Source of the DNA: Takakia lepidozioides
Lineage: Eukaryota > Plantae > Bryophyta
Direction: 5' to 3'
NCBI GenBank assembly: GCA_030704615.1
Contig: CM060734.1
Span: forward strand, 23,126,001 to 23,190,000
DNA: 64,000 nucleotides
Shown here: positions 61,329-64,000 of the stretch, in pieces
Layout of the letters: each line of letters begins with the position of its first letter
Position numbering within the stretch: position 1 is the stretch's first letter
Notes under the pieces: generated by a model
The model's database searches: none
Told to the model about the DNA's origin: nothing
What the model saw: only the letters and a program-made list of their open reading frames with translations
Made by a program: the position numbers and the translations under genes

Positions 61329-63890
61329 TCATTCTTGTCCTCTTTCTTGATGACACCTGTTCTTGCACTTCCTTCTCAGCTGTGTGTTGCGCTCTGACTT
61401 CCACGTGTCCCTTTCTAAACTGGCTTCCGTCCTTTCTTCCGCCGGCCATTTCCCTGAAGTTATCATGCGTCCACCTGTCACTGATTCTATGGATTGTGTA
61501 ACCCTACTAGACTGTGTTGAGCTGTGACAGGCTGTGTCATACTGTGGTACGCTGTGATAGGCTGTGTTGCACTGTGGTAAGCTGTGAAAGGCTGTGATAC
61601 GATGTGGTAGGTTGTGATAGGCTGTATTGCGCCGTGCTGGGCTGTGATATGTTGTGTCGCACCTTGCTGGGCTGCGATAGGCTGTGTCGCGCCGTGCTGG
61701 GCTGTGATAGGCTGTGTCGCTCTTGTTCTGCCCGCCTTGGTCATATATGCTCGGCTTAGCGACAAGTGCTCCATACTCCGTTGGTATCACTGGCGCCGCC
61801 CGTGACTGCTTTTGCGTTTCAACATGCAAATCATGCTGCAATGGTTTGTCATGGATACCACTGTACCCCTTCAACTTATTGGCATTGACTCTTCCCAGCA
61901 TCTCTTTGTTAATGGTTTGTAACATGGCGGTGTTATTATCATACATCTTCTGTATGACATAAGGTCCTTTCCATGGTGATTTAAGCCTAGAAGCTTTAAT
62001 CTTTCCCTTCTTCTGCAACCATAGAACCAAATCTCCCGTCTTAAAAGTCTTTAACTTGCCTTCATCAAACTGTTCCTTTCTTTTCATCTGAATTCTGGTC
62101 ATGTTATCAGGTGCATCAGCACATACTTCTTCCACATGGTATAATTCATGTTTCCTGACCTTAATTGAATCTTGCAATTCCATTCTCTTTCCCATTCCGT
62201 TCTCATGGTAGGTAATAGGAATTCCACTGGAAGTAAAGCTTCCATACCATAAACTAATTGGAATGGTGTATACTTAGTGGTGACTTTATATGAAGTCCTG
62301 TATGACCACAAAACTGTCAGCAGCTTTGTATCCCAATTCGTTCTGTTTGCATTGACTATCTTAGCCAAGATAGTACATAGTATTTTGTTGGTAGCCTCTG
62401 CCTGCCCATTACCCTGTGGGTAATATGTTGTACTCTTCCTATGCACAATCATGAACTCTTTAGTCAATAATTCAATGGTCTCATTAATGAAGTGACTTCC
62501 CTGATCACTGATAAATTCCAAGGGACAGCCAAATCGTGTAAGTATGTTCTCATACAGGAACCTTGTTGTGGACTTGGCTGTGTTGTCCCTCAAAGCTTTA
62601 GCTTCCACCCACTTCGTAGTATAATCAGTGGCTGTAATTATGTACCTGTTCTGTGTATTCTTGGCTGGTGGGTTAATTGGTCCAACAAAGTCTAGTCCCC
62701 ATTTCTGAAATGGTTCCGTAGGCATTGTAGGATGCAAAGCCATCTTCCCAGATCTTTGCAAAGGTCATAGCCTCTGACATTCATCACAACTCTGACAATA
62801 CTTGTGTACATCTTTGAACAAAGTAGGCCACCAGTAACCTGCATGTAGTATCTTCCTGCTGGTAGTCTCTTCTCCAAAATGACCTCCTGCCACTCCTTTA
62901 TGAACTTCCTCCAAAACTTTATTTACTTCATGGTGGTATAAGCATCGCTTCAGCACTCCATCAGGTCCTAGCTTATACATTCTGCTCCCTACCATAGTGT
63001 AAGGTAGAGCCTTGATAGCAATTCTCTTTCTCTGCTCCTTTCCATAACTTGGTGGGCACTCACCATGAGCAAGGTAGTATCTGATTGGCCACTGCCAATC
63101 TAGCCAGTCATCTGCACTTCCCTGCACCTCCACTGCAAATAGACTCGCATCTGGTAATTGATCATCTACTCCCGTGGCTGGTTCTCCTGTTGATAACCGT
63201 GACAAGTGATCCGCCACAAGATGCAGCCTCCCAGGCTTGTAAACAACCTTGAACTCAAACTCGTGCAAGATTATCAACCATCTTGCTATTCTTCCGCTTA
63301 TCAGAGGTTTGTTTACCAGGTATATCAGAGCCTGGTGATCCACATAGAACATAAACTTCTTGCCCAACAGGTAATGCCTGAATTTCTTCACTGCATAGAT
63401 CATTGCCAATGCTTCTCTTTCCGTTGTGCTATAATTTCTTTCGGCATTGTTCATCAATCGGCTAGCATAGTACACAGGTGAATCTATCCTTCCTGTAACA
63501 TTTTGGGCTAACACTGCTCCTAGTGCTTCTCCAGAAGCATCACAGTAAACATGAAATATTTGCCAGTGAGGATTAATCAGCACAGGTGTAGTTGTTACTG
63601 ACAATGTAAGTTCCTCAAAAGCCTGTTGACATTCAGGTGTCCATGCAAACACTGCATCTTTCTTCAGAAGTTTGCTCAATGGTGCTGCTATCTGTGCATA
63701 CCGTCTGACAAATCTTCTGTAATAGCTGGTTTGTCCAAGGAATCTCCTTAGACTCTTAACATTCACTGGTGGTGGAGAGGCTTTAATGGCCTCTGTTTTC
63801 CTGGGATCCACAAGAAGTCCTCTCTTACACACAATGTGTCCCAGAAGCACCCCTGAGTTCACACAGAAAGTACACTTCTCTGGATTCAGG
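61329..63890 (-). pseudogene. Gypsy pol copy B; stop at 62765, frameshift near 62190
   Basis: Same motifs as copy A. Confidence 0.93.
61510..61720. repeat. 10-bp/30-bp minisatellite at the integrase 3' end, copy B
   Basis: Directly visible; encodes TAYHSPARR(D/N)-type decapeptides. Confidence 0.9.
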
Positions 63891-64000
63891 GAGGTTTACT
63901 ATTTCATGAGCAGAAACCATGAGCCATGAGCCATGAGCCGCATGAGCCGCATGAGCGGTGAGCCGAAGTCTAAGATACGCGGATTTCATGAGCGGACTCC
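63887..64000 (+). mobile_element. Terminus of a probable hAT-type DNA transposon inserted in the Gypsy B RT
   Basis: Homology to copy A stops after TGGATTCAGG; CAGGG start, then CATGAGC subterminal repeats. Confidence 0.5.

Larger units (their letters stand above)
58290..63890 (-). mobile_element. Gypsy LTR retrotransposon copy B (partial RT, RH, INT, minisatellite, long extra ORF)
   Basis: Pol ORFs 62765-63862, 62099-62761 and 61329-62195; extra ORF downstream. Confidence 0.93.

Overview
Repeat-dense eukaryotic DNA. The host is most likely a land plant with flagellated sperm (bryophyte, lycophyte or fern type), inferred from a kinesin-II pseudogene, a TEBICHI/POLQ fragment with plant exon structure and a PLS-type PPR fragment. 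I find no clearly intact host gene. The window is a nest of decayed transposons: hAT, CACTA, Harbinger, a Tc1/mariner-type MITE, tRNA-derived SINEs, two L1-like LINEs, three 5'-truncated copies of one RTE/RTEX-like LINE, a Dualen/RandI-like RLE retrotransposon fragment, Copia pieces, and two copies of a Gypsy family with a long extra ORF. The least explicable items are: (1) a family present twice (10865-15202 minus, 29580-34842 plus) with an unknown ORF1 before a Gag-like ORF, which in the fuller copy runs into integrase with no protease/RT/RNase H; (2) an inverted conserved cis module (three (G)TGAGCAG boxes plus GGGCCTATTRCCGYGG) at 9497-9600 and 11000-11152; (3) an array of palindromes at 10209-10625; (4) a divergent SET-domain ORF abutting a Gypsy pol. 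All calls come from reading and hand translation, with no database searches. Boundaries without a TSD or TIR are approximate.
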